Part shown: piece by piece, positions 29,827 to 41,274 of the stretch
How positions within the stretch are numbered: position 1 is the stretch's first letter
Layout of the letters: every line of letters begins with the position of its first letter
Source: Polyangiales bacterium
GTDB lineage: Bacteria; Myxococcota_A; Polyangia; Polyangiales; Ga0077539
Direction of reading: 5' to 3'
DNA length: 64,000 bases
NCBI GenBank assembly: GCA_044229975.1
Contig: JBGARZ010000014.1
Coordinates: 1 to 64,000, forward strand
Notes under the pieces: model-generated
What the model was told of the DNA's origin: nothing
Databases searched by the model: none
The model's input: only the letters and a program-made list of their open reading frames with translations
Position numbers and translations under genes: made by a program

Positions 29827-30900
29827 ATGTCCATGAGCCACCGCATCGCTGTCCTCCCGGGTGATGGCATCGGCACCGAGGTCACCCGCGAGGCCGTCGC
29901 CCTCCTCCAACTCGTCGCCAGCCGCCGCGGTCTCGACCTCGACCTCTGGCACCTCGACCTCGGCGCCGACCGCTACCTCCGCGACGGAACCACCCTCCCG
30001 CCCGCCGTCTTCGAGGAGATTCGCGACACCTGCGACGCCGTTCTGCTCGGCGCCCTCGGCGACCCCCGCGTCCCGTCCAACGACCACGCGCGCGACATCC
30101 TCTTCGGGTTTCGCTTCGGGCTCGACCTCTTCGCCAACGTGCGCCCGGTGCGCTGCCTCCACGACCGCCTCTCGCCCCTCAAGCACCACGGCGCGGCCTC
30201 CGTCGACTTCGTGGTCTTCCGCGAAAACACCGAAGGCGTCTACGTCAACGTCGGCGGCCAGGTGCGCCGCAACACCCCCGACGAGATCGCCATCAACGAG
30301 GACATCAACACCCGCAAAGGCGTCGAGCGCATCATCCGCGCGGCCTTCGAGCACGCCCGCGCGCACGGCTGCAAGCGCGTGCACATGGCCGACAAGTCCA
30401 ACGCGATGAAGCACGCCCACGAGCTGTGGCTGCGCGTCTTCCGCGAGGTGTCGAAGGAGTACCCCGAGCTCGAAGCCGTCCACGTCTACGTCGACGCGCT
30501 CTGCCTCTACATGGTGCAAGACCCGTCCACCATCGAGGTCATCGTCACCAACAACCTCTTCGGCGACATCGTCACCGACCTCGGCGCCGCCCTCCAAGGT
30601 GGCCTCGGCATGGCCGGCAGCGCCAACCTCCATCCCGGGCGCAAGTGCGCGGTGTTCGAGCCCGTCCACGGCAGCGCGCCGCCGCTCGCGGGGAAGGACC
30701 TCGCCAACCCCTTCGCCGCCGCGCTCACCGTGGGGATGCTCTTCACCCACCTCGGTCAGCACGACGTCGAGACGCTCATCGAGCACTCCGTTCGCGACTG
30801 CATCGCCGCCATGGAGTGCACCAGGGACGTCGGCGGAACCCTCGGCACCCGCGCCGCCGCCGAAGCCCTGCGCGCCCGCGTCGCCACCCGCCTGGGCTGA
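29827..30900 (+). CDS. leuB: 3-isopropylmalate dehydrogenase (isocitrate/isopropylmalate family)
   Basis: IAVLPGDGIGTEV, RENTEG, DKSN, NNLFGDIVTDLGAALQGGLG, FEPVHGSAP; substrate specificity not certain. Confidence 0.75.
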   Translation: MSMSHRIAVLPGDGIGTEVTREAVALLQLVASRRGLDLDLWHLDLGADRYLRDGTTLPPAVFEEIRDTCDAVLLGALGDPRVPSNDHARDILFGFRFGLDLFANVRPVRCLHDRLSPLKHHGAASVDFVVFRENTEGVYVNVGGQVRRNTPDEIAINEDINTRKGVERIIRAAFEHARAHGCKRVHMADKSNAMKHAHELWLRVFREVSKEYPELEAVHVYVDALCLYMVQDPSTIEVIVTNNLFGDIVTDLGAALQGGLGMAGSANLHPGRKCAVFEPVHGSAPPLAGKDLANPFAAALTVGMLFTHLGQHDVETLIEHSVRDCIAAMECTRDVGGTLGTRAAAEALRARVATRLG

Positions 30901-30906
30901 GTCTCG

Positions 30907-31845
30907 CTACCGCAGCTCGATGGCGTTGGAGACGTGACCCCAGCTCCCGTTGGGCGCCGGCTGCTCACCGCCCGTCGCGAGCGCGATGCCGCCCACCACC
31001 AGGCCCACGGTGACCGCGCCCACCGCCGTCCAGAACCACCAGCGCGTGACGATGGAGTTCGACGGACGGCGGTTGGGGACGATGGACACCACCATGCGCG
31101 CGCCCGGAGCGAGCTCGACGAGGCGCTCCTGCGTGTGGCCGTCGTCCCAGGCGACCTGAATCGCGTGACGGCCCGACGAGGCCCGCGACGTCGACCGCCC
31201 GCGCCCCACCGGAACGCCATCCACCCGGATGGTCGTCGTCGCATCGGGCGTCTCGATCACCAGCGTCGCGGGCATCGGTCGCGCGCTCGCGTCGAGGGCC
31301 ACCTCCACCTGCTCGCCGAGTCCGACGCGGCGCTCTTCGCGCGCGGGTTCGTAGCCGGTGCGGCGCGCTTCGAAGCGGTGCGTTCCGGGGTCGAGTTCGA
31401 GCACGCGGTCGAGGTTGCCGGTGGCCACACGATCGCCGTCGACGGTGACCTCGGTGGCGTCGCCCCGGATGCGAACGGTGACGTGTGCCAGCGCGCGACG
31501 ACACTCGCCAAGGACGCCGCGCACCTCGGCTTCGCGGGCGGGGTCGGTGGTGATGGCGAGGAGACGTTCGAGGGTGGCGACGGCGCGGAGGTAGCGGCCG
31601 ACGCCGCGGTACGACGCGGCGAGGGCGGCGAGCGCAGCGGCGTTTTCGCGCAGCGTGAGGGAGCGCTCCAACAACGGGACGGCCTCGGCGAAGCGCTGCT
31701 CGTTGAGGAGCGGCAGCGCCTGCTCGAAGAGGCGCCGGGCGTCGTCGTCCGAGGGGCGCAGCGGTGAGCCGGTGACACCAGCGTCTTGAGCGAAGACGGG
31801 CGCCGCGAGCAGGGTGAGCGAGAGCGCGAGGGCGACGGGTCTCAT
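30907..31845 (-). CDS. TPR + PEGA domain exported/membrane protein
   Basis: Signal peptide; TPR helices; VTVDG...LDPGTHRFEARRTGY PEGA motif; RWWFWTAVGAV TM. Confidence 0.8.
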   Translation of the reverse strand: MRPVALALSLTLLAAPVFAQDAGVTGSPLRPSDDDARRLFEQALPLLNEQRFAEAVPLLERSLTLRENAAALAALAASYRGVGRYLRAVATLERLLAITTDPAREAEVRGVLGECRRALAHVTVRIRGDATEVTVDGDRVATGNLDRVLELDPGTHRFEARRTGYEPAREERRVGLGEQVEVALDASARPMPATLVIETPDATTTIRVDGVPVGRGRSTSRASSGRHAIQVAWDDGHTQERLVELAPGARMVVSIVPNRRPSNSIVTRWWFWTAVGAVTVGLVVGGIALATGGEQPAPNGSWGHVSNAIELR

Positions 31846-33251
31846 GGCGCGTTGTAGCTCCCGATGTTGAGCCCGCCGATGCGCTGCGTGGTGGGCGCGG
31901 GTGCGGGCGCGGCGACTGGCTCTGGCGACGCTGCGACGCTCGGCGCGGGCCGCGGTCGATGGGCGTGACCGTGGTGGGGTTCGCGCTCGGGCACGACGAC
32001 TCCAGCATCGACGACCGCAACGACGACGGGCGGCGCGGGCGCAGCCACAACGACGGGTGGAGGAGGTGGTGTCACAGCGGGCGGTCGTGGTGGTGCGACG
32101 TGAGCGCGCGGTGCGGGTGGACGCGCGACCGGGGGAGGGGATGTGGTCGACGACAGGGCGATGGCGACCCCGGCGACGAGCGCGGCGACGACGAGCGTGG
32201 CGACGATGTGGCGGGCGTGGCCGCGGGTGGCGGGCCCGGGAGTGGGGAGCGCGGGCGCGGTGGTGGCGAGGGTGTCATCGGGGCCGAGCGTTCCGGTGCC
32301 GACGCGCGGGCTCGGCATCGGCAGCGGGGCGGGGCGCATCTCCGAGACGGCGCCGCTGCGGTTGCGCATGGTCGAGGAGATCTTGAGCACGCCGCCGTGC
32401 ATCTCCGGCGCGGTCGCGAGCGCGTCGCCCATCTGGCGGGCGCTCGGCCAGCGGGCGTCGAGGTCCTTGGTGAGCGCGCGATCGACCACGTCGAGGAGCG
32501 CCTTCGACAGGTCGGGTCGCAGCTTCTTCAGCGACGGAACCTCCCCCAGGATGATGCTCACCATGATGACGTTGGGGTTGTCGCCGTCGTAAGGCGGAAC
32601 GCCCGCGAGCGCGTGGAAGAGCACCGCGCCGACGGCCCAGAGGTCGGCCCTGCCGTCGACCGGGTGCCCCTGGGCCTGCTCGGGGGACATGTAGTGGGGC
32701 GTTCCCATGACGGCCTTGCCGACGGTGAGGCCGCGGGAGACGTTTCGCGCGATGCCGAAGTCGAGGAGCTTCACCTTCGTGCGTCCGTCATGGTCGCGGG
32801 TGAGGAAGACGTTGGCCGGCTTGATGTCCCGGTGCACGAAGCCGCGCGCGTGGGCGGCGCCGAGCGCGTCGAGGAGCTGCGCCATCACGCCGAGCAGCGT
32901 GCGGGCGTCCATGGTTCCGCGCTCGACGGAGGCTTCGAGGTCTTCGCCTTCGAGGTATTCGAGCACCACGTAGAGCCCGAGCTGCGGGTCTTCGCCGGCG
33001 TCGAGCACCTCGACGATGTTGGGGTGACCGATGGACGACGGCGCCTGCGCCTCTTGCAGGAAGCGATCGACCGCGTCTTGCGACGACGCGAAGTCGGGGC
33101 CCATCACCTTCACCGCGACGCGCCGACCCGTGTACGCGTGACGCGCTTCGTACACCGCGCCCATGCCGCCGATGCCGAGCACGCGGCTGACGTCGTACTT
33201 GCCGCCGATCCTCCCCCCGACGAGGCGCTGCGCGTAGCTGACACGATCCAT
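31842..33251 (-). CDS. Ser/Thr protein kinase
   Basis: LGIGGMGAVY, VAVKVM, HRDIKPAN, DFGIAR, GTPHYMSPEQ; TM followed by a Pro-rich tail. Confidence 0.92.
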   Translation of the reverse strand: MDRVSYAQRLVGGRIGGKYDVSRVLGIGGMGAVYEARHAYTGRRVAVKVMGPDFASSQDAVDRFLQEAQAPSSIGHPNIVEVLDAGEDPQLGLYVVLEYLEGEDLEASVERGTMDARTLLGVMAQLLDALGAAHARGFVHRDIKPANVFLTRDHDGRTKVKLLDFGIARNVSRGLTVGKAVMGTPHYMSPEQAQGHPVDGRADLWAVGAVLFHALAGVPPYDGDNPNVIMVSIILGEVPSLKKLRPDLSKALLDVVDRALTKDLDARWPSARQMGDALATAPEMHGGVLKISSTMRNRSGAVSEMRPAPLPMPSPRVGTGTLGPDDTLATTAPALPTPGPATRGHARHIVATLVVAALVAGVAIALSSTTSPPPVARPPAPRAHVAPPRPPAVTPPPPPVVVAAPAPPVVVAVVDAGVVVPEREPHHGHAHRPRPAPSVAASPEPVAAPAPAPTTQRIGGLNIGSYNAP

Positions 33252-33274
33252 GGAAGGTCCCTCGCGCTCCCGTC

Positions 33275-34498
33275 TCAGGTCCCTGGCACGCCGCACCGGC
33301 CCGCGTCGACCATGCTGCCGACGCCCGCCGCGGTGACGCACATGCCCTCGCAGCAGCGGTCGCGGGAGTTGCAGATGTTGCCGCACGCGCCGCAGTTTCG
33401 GTTCTCGACGACGGTGTCGGCGCAGAGTCGACCGCAGCAGCTCAGCCCCGTGGTGCACGCGTTGTTGCACGCGCCGCAGTGCTCGGCGTTGTTGGTCACG
33501 TCGGTGCACCGCCCGTTGCAACACTCCATCCCCGCGGCGCACGCCATCCCGCAGGCGCCGCAGTGGGCGGGGTCGGTGAGGTAGTCCTGGCAGACCGTCC
33601 CGCAGCAGATCTGCTCGCGGCTGCATGACCCGCAGCGATCGACGCCGACTTCGCGCGGGGGAGTCGGCCCGCGGTCCGTCGACGATGGCGCGTCCTCCGC
33701 GACGAGGTCGGCGTCCACGATGCGGGTGTCCATCACCGGCTCTGCGTCGACGACGGGCGTGTCCATCACCGAACCCGCATCGACGACGGGTGCATCCATC
33801 GCCGCGGCCGGGACGTCCGCCCCGAGGCCCGCGTCTCGCGGCGTGACGGCGAAGCTCGCGTCGAGGGCGCCCGCGTCGAGCGGCCCTGCGTCGGGCAACG
33901 GCGTGAACATCTGCGTCGGCGGGTTGTCGACCGGCTCACACGACCGCCGACCGCAGGTGGTCTCGGGCGGGCACACGGCGCCGATGCAGAGCGACGACAG
34001 CCACACCTCGACGACCTGCGTGGACTCCTTCACGAAGGGCACCACGAAGCGTCGGCGGATGCGCTCGGTGGTGTTGGGTTCGCCCGGCGGGCCGGGAACC
34101 CTCGCGACCGCGACGACCACCACACCCACGCGGGTCGGCGCGTCGGGGTCGGCGGGCGCGACGGTGATGTCCCCGGGCAGCACGTTGGGCGCCGTGGCCA
34201 CCGGGCCGTCGACGAAGGTGCGGCAGAAGAGCTCGGCGTCGTTGCCCACGCAGTCGTTGGCCTCGGGCTCGGTGCACGCCCCGCGGCACACCCGGACGAG
34301 CACGCTGTCGAGCCGGTAGGCGTTGGACGGGCACGCGGGCGTCGCGGGGCTGCCCGTGGGGCCGCACCACCCGGGGACGAGGTTTTCGGCGAGCACGCGA
34401 AACACGAGGCGCGTCGGCGGGCGCGAGCACGACAGCAGCGCCGCGACCAGCGCGACTCCCGCGGCCCTAACGACGGAGGCGGTCGAGGTCGATCTCAT
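33275..34498 (-). CDS. Cys-rich lipoprotein with C-terminal CGACG..C repeats (Stig1-like)
   Basis: LLSC lipobox; DPAHCGACGMAC, HCGACNNAC, NCGACGNIC repeats; 11-aa MDxPVVDA linker repeats. Confidence 0.75.
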   Translation of the reverse strand: MRSTSTASVVRAAGVALVAALLSCSRPPTRLVFRVLAENLVPGWCGPTGSPATPACPSNAYRLDSVLVRVCRGACTEPEANDCVGNDAELFCRTFVDGPVATAPNVLPGDITVAPADPDAPTRVGVVVVAVARVPGPPGEPNTTERIRRRFVVPFVKESTQVVEVWLSSLCIGAVCPPETTCGRRSCEPVDNPPTQMFTPLPDAGPLDAGALDASFAVTPRDAGLGADVPAAAMDAPVVDAGSVMDTPVVDAEPVMDTRIVDADLVAEDAPSSTDRGPTPPREVGVDRCGSCSREQICCGTVCQDYLTDPAHCGACGMACAAGMECCNGRCTDVTNNAEHCGACNNACTTGLSCCGRLCADTVVENRNCGACGNICNSRDRCCEGMCVTAAGVGSMVDAGRCGVPGT

Positions 34499-35753
34499 GG
34501 CGTTCGATCCACCGGTACACCTGGCGGGGGTGGGTGCCGAGGCACTCGGCGGCGCGCACGACGTTGCCGCCGGTGGCTTCGAGCGCGTCGACGATCTGCT
34601 GCGGCGTCGGGGCGCCCGCCTCGCGCGGACTGGGACGCGCCGGGGTCAGCCCGACGTCGAGCGGCGGGAGGTGACGCAGGTCGATGGGCCCGTCGCCCGC
34701 GAGCGTGGCCGAGGCGCGAAGCACCGTGCGGAGCTGACGGATGTTGCCCGGAAACGCGCTGAGAAAGAGCGCGCGACCCGCCGCGGGCGTGATGGAGGCG
34801 CGGGCGAATCCACCCGACGAGAGAATCCACGCGCTGAGCACGCCGAGGTCTTCGCGGCGGCGGCGCAGCGGGGGGATGGCGGCGACGTAGCCCGCGAGGC
34901 TGCGGAGGAGATCGGCGCGGAAGGAGGTCGACGGCTCGAAGAGGTTGACCGTGGTGGTGGCGATCCAGCGCAGGTCGAGGGGCTTCGTCGGGACGGCGCC
35001 GGCGGGCGTGAGGCGCCCCTCGTCGATGACCCGCAGGAGGGCGGCCTGCGCGGCGTCGCCGAGGCGGTCGACCTCGTCGAGGATGACGGTGCCGCCGTTG
35101 TCGGGATCACCGAGCGCGCGACCGAGGGCGGCGCCGTCGGCGAGGGTGGCGCACTCGATGACGCGCAGCGAATCACCGCGGCCGCTCCACTCGTGCACGG
35201 CGCGCGCGGCGGTCTCCTTGCCGACGCCCGCGTCGCCGTTGAGGAGGATGGGCTCGCGCGATCGGGCCATGAGCCGCAGGTCGCGGAGCACCACGGCCAT
35301 CTCGGCGTTGCGCGTCGCGGTGGGCACCGCCGTCTGCGCCGCGGCGTTGCGCGCGACGGCGGCGTGCTCGTCGACGAGGCGGTAGCAGAAGAGCGTGTGG
35401 CCCACCTCGATGACGTCGCCGTCGGCGAGAGCGCGGTAGCGGTCGACGCGCTCGCCGTTGACCCAGGTGCCGTTGCGGCTGCCGTCGTCCTGCACGACGT
35501 CGGAGGTGCCGACGCGTCGCAGGTGGCAGTGGTTGGTCGAGGCCCGGCGGTCGGGGACGGTGAGGCGCGAGCGCTCGACGAGGCGCGCGGCGGTCTCTCC
35601 CTCGGCCGAGCGCCCGAGGCGAAACGGCAGCGCGTCGTCGTCGATGACGTGGGACGCGCCGACGTCCGCGAGGAGGTCGTCGAAGCAGAGCATCGCGACC
35701 AGCGCGCGAACCTTGCGCGGCGAGTCGCTCCCATTCTCCTTGAACGTCGCCAT
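34467..35753 (-). CDS. FHA + AAA+ + Fis-HTH transcriptional regulator (bEBP-like, GAFTGA absent)
   Basis: GRS..S..H..D.GSRNGTWVNG FHA; GDAGVGKE Walker A; ILDEV Walker B; FPGNIRQL; GGNVVRAAECLG HTH. Confidence 0.85.
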   Translation of the reverse strand: MATFKENGSDSPRKVRALVAMLCFDDLLADVGASHVIDDDALPFRLGRSAEGETAARLVERSRLTVPDRRASTNHCHLRRVGTSDVVQDDGSRNGTWVNGERVDRYRALADGDVIEVGHTLFCYRLVDEHAAVARNAAAQTAVPTATRNAEMAVVLRDLRLMARSREPILLNGDAGVGKETAARAVHEWSGRGDSLRVIECATLADGAALGRALGDPDNGGTVILDEVDRLGDAAQAALLRVIDEGRLTPAGAVPTKPLDLRWIATTTVNLFEPSTSFRADLLRSLAGYVAAIPPLRRRREDLGVLSAWILSSGGFARASITPAAGRALFLSAFPGNIRQLRTVLRASATLAGDGPIDLRHLPPLDVGLTPARPSPREAGAPTPQQIVDALEATGGNVVRAAECLGTHPRQVYRWIERHEIDLDRLRR

Positions 35754-35831
35754 GGGCCCTTCGGCGAATCTAGACGATCACCGCGTGGGCGCGAACACCC
35801 GACGACGCGGATTCCTCGGGCGCGCTGATGA

Positions 35832-35852
35832 CACGGTCTGAGACAGACCGTG
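35832..35852. promoter_or_regulatory. Perfect 9-bp inverted repeat between argH and the regulator gene (terminator or operator)
   Basis: cacggtctg-aga-cagaccgtg. Confidence 0.4.
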
Positions 35853-35889
35853 AGACACCCGGTCGGACCCGGAGTGTCGCTGTCCAACG

Positions 35890-37281
<1,392 letters not shown>

Positions 37282-37389
37282 CGTGTCCGTGTGCTCCTTC
37301 GGGGGGCGGACCCTTACCCGACCCCCGCGAGGGCACAAGACCCATGTAGCCCGATGCCTTCCCTTCGGGTAACGCTCGCGCCCCCAACC

Positions 37390-39201
37390 ATGAACGTCCT
37401 CGTCATCAACTGCGGCAGCTCCAGCGTGAAGCTCGACCTGCTCGACCCCCGCACCGGCGAGCGCGCCGCCACCGCCCGCATCGAGCGAGTGGGCCGCGCC
37501 GAGTGCACCCTCTACCAGGGTGACGCTGTCGTCGCGCTGCCCGACGCCGACCACGCGGGCGCCCTCGCCGTCGCGCTGCCGCGCCTCCTCGAAGGCCGCG
37601 CCGTCGACGCCGTGGGTCACCGCGTCGTCCACGGGGGCGAGCGCTTCAACGCCCCGACGCTGCTCGACGACGCCACGGTCGATGCGCTCGGCGGGCTCAG
37701 CTCGCTCGCGCCGCTGCACAACCCGGCCAACCTCGCGGGCATCATCGCGGCGCGCGCGCTGCTCCCGCGGGCCGCGCACGTCGCGGTCTTCGACACGGCC
37801 TTCCACGCGACGCTGCCGCGGCGGTCGCGCTCGTACGCGCTGCCGAAGGCGCTGGTGGAGAAGCACGGGCTGCGGCGCTACGGCTTCCACGGCACGAGCC
37901 ACGCGTGGGTGGCGCAGCAGGCGTCGCAGCACCTGAAGGAAGACCTCCGGGGCTTGCGTCTCATCACCTGTCACCTCGGCAACGGCGCGAGCGTGACGGC
38001 CATCGAGGCGGGGCGTTCGGTGGAGACCAGCATGGGCATGACCCCGCTGGAGGGCCTCGTGATGGGAACGCGCGCGGGCGACGTCGACCCCGGCGTGGTG
38101 CTGGAGATCGCGCGCCGCGAGGGCCTCGACATCAACGGCCTCGACCGGGTGCTCAACCAGCAGTCGGGCCTGCTCGGGATGTCGGGCGTGGGGAACGATC
38201 TGCGGGACATCGAGGCGCGCGCGGCGGCGGGCGACGAGGATTGTCGGTTGGCGATCCAGGTGTTTGCGCACCGGGTGCGGAAGTACATCGGGGCGTACGC
38301 CGCGGTGATGGGCGGCGTCGACGCCATCGTGTTCACGGCGGGCATCGGCGAGAACAGCGCGCTCATGCGGCACCGCATCGCGCAGCGGCTCGACTTCCTG
38401 GGCGCCCGCTTCGACGAAGACCGCAACCGCGACGCGACGGTGAGCGCCGCGCATCCCGTGGCGGAGTTCTCCGAGGAGGGATCGCGGGTGCGGCTGCTGG
38501 TGGTTGCGACCGACGAGGCGCGGGCCATCGCCCACGACGCGGCGCTGCTCTCGGCGGGCGCGCAGTCGGTGGAGGCGGCGAGCGTGATCCCCATCGCCAT
38601 CTCGGCGCGGCACATCCATCTCACGCGCGAGGCGGTGGAGACGCTGTTTGGCGCGGGGCACAAGCTCACGCCGTACAAGCCGCTGAGTCAGCCGGGGCAG
38701 TTTGCGTGCGAGGAGAAGCTCACGGTGGTGGGGCCGAAGGGCAAGCTCGCCAGCGTGCGGGTGCTCGGCCCCGAGCGGCCTGATTGTCAGGTCGAGGTGT
38801 CTCGGACCGATGAGTTCACGCTCGGGGTCGACGCGCCGGTGCGCGACTCGGGCGACGTCGCCAACAGCCCGGGCATCACGCTCGAAGGGCCCGCCGGGAG
38901 TCTCACGCTGACCAAGGGGCTCATCTGCGCGCGACGGCACATCCACATGCACCCCGACGACGCGGCGCGCTTCGGCGTGAAGGACCGCGACGTGGTCGAG
39001 GTCGCCGTCGACACGGACGGTCGCGACATGGTGTTCGGTGATGTGCTCATCCGGGTGAGCCCGAAGTTCAAGCTGGAGATGCACGTGGACACCGACGAGG
39101 CCAACGCGGCGCAGCTCCACGGGGGCGACGGCGGCGTGCTCGCGAGCACGGCGGGCTCGGTGCGGTTGCGCAAGCGGAGCGTGGGCTTCGACGCGGAGTG
39201 A
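37390..39201 (+). CDS. ackA: Acetate/propionate kinase fused to a PduL-type phosphate acyltransferase
   Basis: LVINCGSSSVK, GHRVVHGG, APLHNP, FDTAFH, YGFHGTSH, FTAGIGEN; then ISARHIHL, LSQPGQFA, ARRHIHM, MHVDTDEANA. Confidence 0.92.
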   Translation: MNVLVINCGSSSVKLDLLDPRTGERAATARIERVGRAECTLYQGDAVVALPDADHAGALAVALPRLLEGRAVDAVGHRVVHGGERFNAPTLLDDATVDALGGLSSLAPLHNPANLAGIIAARALLPRAAHVAVFDTAFHATLPRRSRSYALPKALVEKHGLRRYGFHGTSHAWVAQQASQHLKEDLRGLRLITCHLGNGASVTAIEAGRSVETSMGMTPLEGLVMGTRAGDVDPGVVLEIARREGLDINGLDRVLNQQSGLLGMSGVGNDLRDIEARAAAGDEDCRLAIQVFAHRVRKYIGAYAAVMGGVDAIVFTAGIGENSALMRHRIAQRLDFLGARFDEDRNRDATVSAAHPVAEFSEEGSRVRLLVVATDEARAIAHDAALLSAGAQSVEAASVIPIAISARHIHLTREAVETLFGAGHKLTPYKPLSQPGQFACEEKLTVVGPKGKLASVRVLGPERPDCQVEVSRTDEFTLGVDAPVRDSGDVANSPGITLEGPAGSLTLTKGLICARRHIHMHPDDAARFGVKDRDVVEVAVDTDGRDMVFGDVLIRVSPKFKLEMHVDTDEANAAQLHGGDGGVLASTAGSVRLRKRSVGFDAE

Positions 39202-39209
39202 CGGTCCGC

Positions 39210-41102
39210 TCACCCCTTCGGTGACGCTCCCTCGACGAACTGCCTCAGGTGCCACGCCTGGAGGAAGAGCTTGCGCTCGGCCTTGCTGAGCGTGTCACGC
39301 ACGCCCGTCAGGAAGAGGATGGGCAGCGTCACGAAGGTCACGCTCACGTAGAGCAGCAACGGGATGGTGAGCTGCGGCGTGAGACGCACCACGCGCGCCC
39401 GCAGCACGAGGTCGCCGTGCTCGAAGGCATACCCGGGCGCAAACACCCCGAGCCACTCCAGGACGAAGGGGGCTGCCGTCGCGAGGGCGCCCATGCCGAT
39501 GACGGTCCAGCGCTCGTAGCGCTCGTGGCACTGGAGGGCGATCCACATGGTGGCGACGGCCATCGCCTGCGGCACCAGCACGAAGGGCCCGAGGAAGCAC
39601 GCGACGCTCGCGACCGTGGCAAACACCAGCGCCGACAGCAGCAGCGCATGAATGGTGGTGAGCACCCTCCGCTGGCGCATCCACAGCGAGTACACGTACG
39701 ACGCGAGCGACAACCCCGAGCTCAACCCCCAGGCCGTCCACGACATCACGCCCATGAGCGCGATGACCGGCGAGGTGAGCATCCAGCTCGCCAGGGCGTA
39801 CGACCCGAAGCGGAGAAACTCCTCGCGGTTCTGCCGCTGCGCCACGCGCATCTCGGCCTCGACCGCGGGCGGCATCTTCGCCGGAACCTCCACCAGCAAG
39901 CGCACCAGCAGCCGCCGCGCCGCCTCGTTGCTCGCGTCGAGCGCCAGCGCCGAGAGCACCTCGCGCGTCGCGTCGGCGCGGGCCCGCTGCTCCTCCTCGG
40001 CCGTCGCGCTCTTCGTCGAGACGCTCGCCATCACCTCCTCGGCGGTGCGGACATGGGCCGTGGCGAGCGCGCGTCGTTGCTCGGTGTCGCGGTCGCCGTC
40101 GAGGTAGCGCCCGATGGCGTCGGCCAGCTCACGCGCGCTCGCAAACCGCGCGTTGGGGTCGCGCGCCGAGGCCGTGGCGCAGGCCGCGTCGAGCTCCGGC
40201 GGGATGTTGGCGGCGACCGCGGACGGGCGCCCTTCGGGCAGGTCGAGCGTCGAGGCCGAGAGCTCGGTGAGCGACGTCCCCTGGTGCAGCCGCCGCAACG
40301 TCAGGATCTCGTACAGCATCACCCCGAGCGAGTAGATATCGGAGCGCGCGTCCTGCTCGGAGGCCGCGCCGATGACCTGCTCGGGGGACATGTAGCCGGG
40401 CGTTCCGATCATGTTGCCGTGGCCCGTGCGCTCGCCGTCGGGGACGAGCACCGGGGCCTGCGTGGCGATGCCGGTGGAGAGGCGCGCGACGCCCCAGTCG
40501 AGCGTGTACACCTCGCCGAAGTCGCCGAGCATGATGTTGGAGGGCTTGAGGTCGCGGTGCAGCACGCCGCGCGCGTGGGCGTAGTCGAGCGCGAGGCACA
40601 CCCGCACAAACGCCTCCAGCAGCTTGCGCTGCGAGAACGCCACCCGCATCGCCGCATCGCCCCGAGCGAGGGCCGCGATGACCTCCGCGAGCGTGTGGCC
40701 GCGCACCCGGCGCATGGCGAAGAAGAGCGCGCCGTCGGGGGTCGTCCCGAGGTCGTACACCGGCACGATGGAGGGGTGCTCCAACTGCCCCTGCACCTGG
40801 GCTTCGCGGAGGAAGCGGCGGCGCGCCCCGGGGCTCGCCTCGCGGCGGGTGAGCAGGGTCTTCACCGCCACGTCGCGGCCGATGGTCACGTCGCGGCAGA
40901 GGCGCACCTCGCCCATGCCGCCGGTGCCGATCACCTCGTGCACCTCGTAGCGCCGCGCGGGGTCGAAGCTCACCTGGTCGGCGTCGAGCTCGGCCACGCT
41001 CGCGAGCGTCGCGTCCTGGTCGGCGCCCACCGTCGCCGCCCGCCACATGGACTGGTCGGTCGCTGCGCCAGAGTTCCCCGGCGGGTCCTCACGGGATTCC
41101 AT
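39210..41102 (-). CDS. Ser/Thr protein kinase with a multi-TM C-terminus
   Basis: IGTGGMGEV, HRDLKPSN, DWGVAR, GTPGYMSPEQ; about 5 hydrophobic segments. Confidence 0.9.
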   Translation of the reverse strand: MESREDPPGNSGAATDQSMWRAATVGADQDATLASVAELDADQVSFDPARRYEVHEVIGTGGMGEVRLCRDVTIGRDVAVKTLLTRREASPGARRRFLREAQVQGQLEHPSIVPVYDLGTTPDGALFFAMRRVRGHTLAEVIAALARGDAAMRVAFSQRKLLEAFVRVCLALDYAHARGVLHRDLKPSNIMLGDFGEVYTLDWGVARLSTGIATQAPVLVPDGERTGHGNMIGTPGYMSPEQVIGAASEQDARSDIYSLGVMLYEILTLRRLHQGTSLTELSASTLDLPEGRPSAVAANIPPELDAACATASARDPNARFASARELADAIGRYLDGDRDTEQRRALATAHVRTAEEVMASVSTKSATAEEEQRARADATREVLSALALDASNEAARRLLVRLLVEVPAKMPPAVEAEMRVAQRQNREEFLRFGSYALASWMLTSPVIALMGVMSWTAWGLSSGLSLASYVYSLWMRQRRVLTTIHALLLSALVFATVASVACFLGPFVLVPQAMAVATMWIALQCHERYERWTVIGMGALATAAPFVLEWLGVFAPGYAFEHGDLVLRARVVRLTPQLTIPLLLYVSVTFVTLPILFLTGVRDTLSKAERKLFLQAWHLRQFVEGASPKG

Positions 41103-41274
41103 GGTGTCTCATCGTCGCCCGGTTTCGCCGGTCGGGCCAAACACGAACGCGCACACAAAGCAGAAAGAACCCGCGTAGAAACAGGGAAACCGTGTGAGGG
41201 CGCTTGTGCTTGTGGTTGTGGCTGCGAGAAGCGCCGTGATAGCGTCCGCGCCGCGTTTGCAGGGAGCGAATGGA

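Noticed and set aside
37282..39255. Apparent 1121-aa argH fusion
   Set aside because: The extension is the antisense frame of ackA-pduL; ArgH starts at MATKTAWGGRF (37281)
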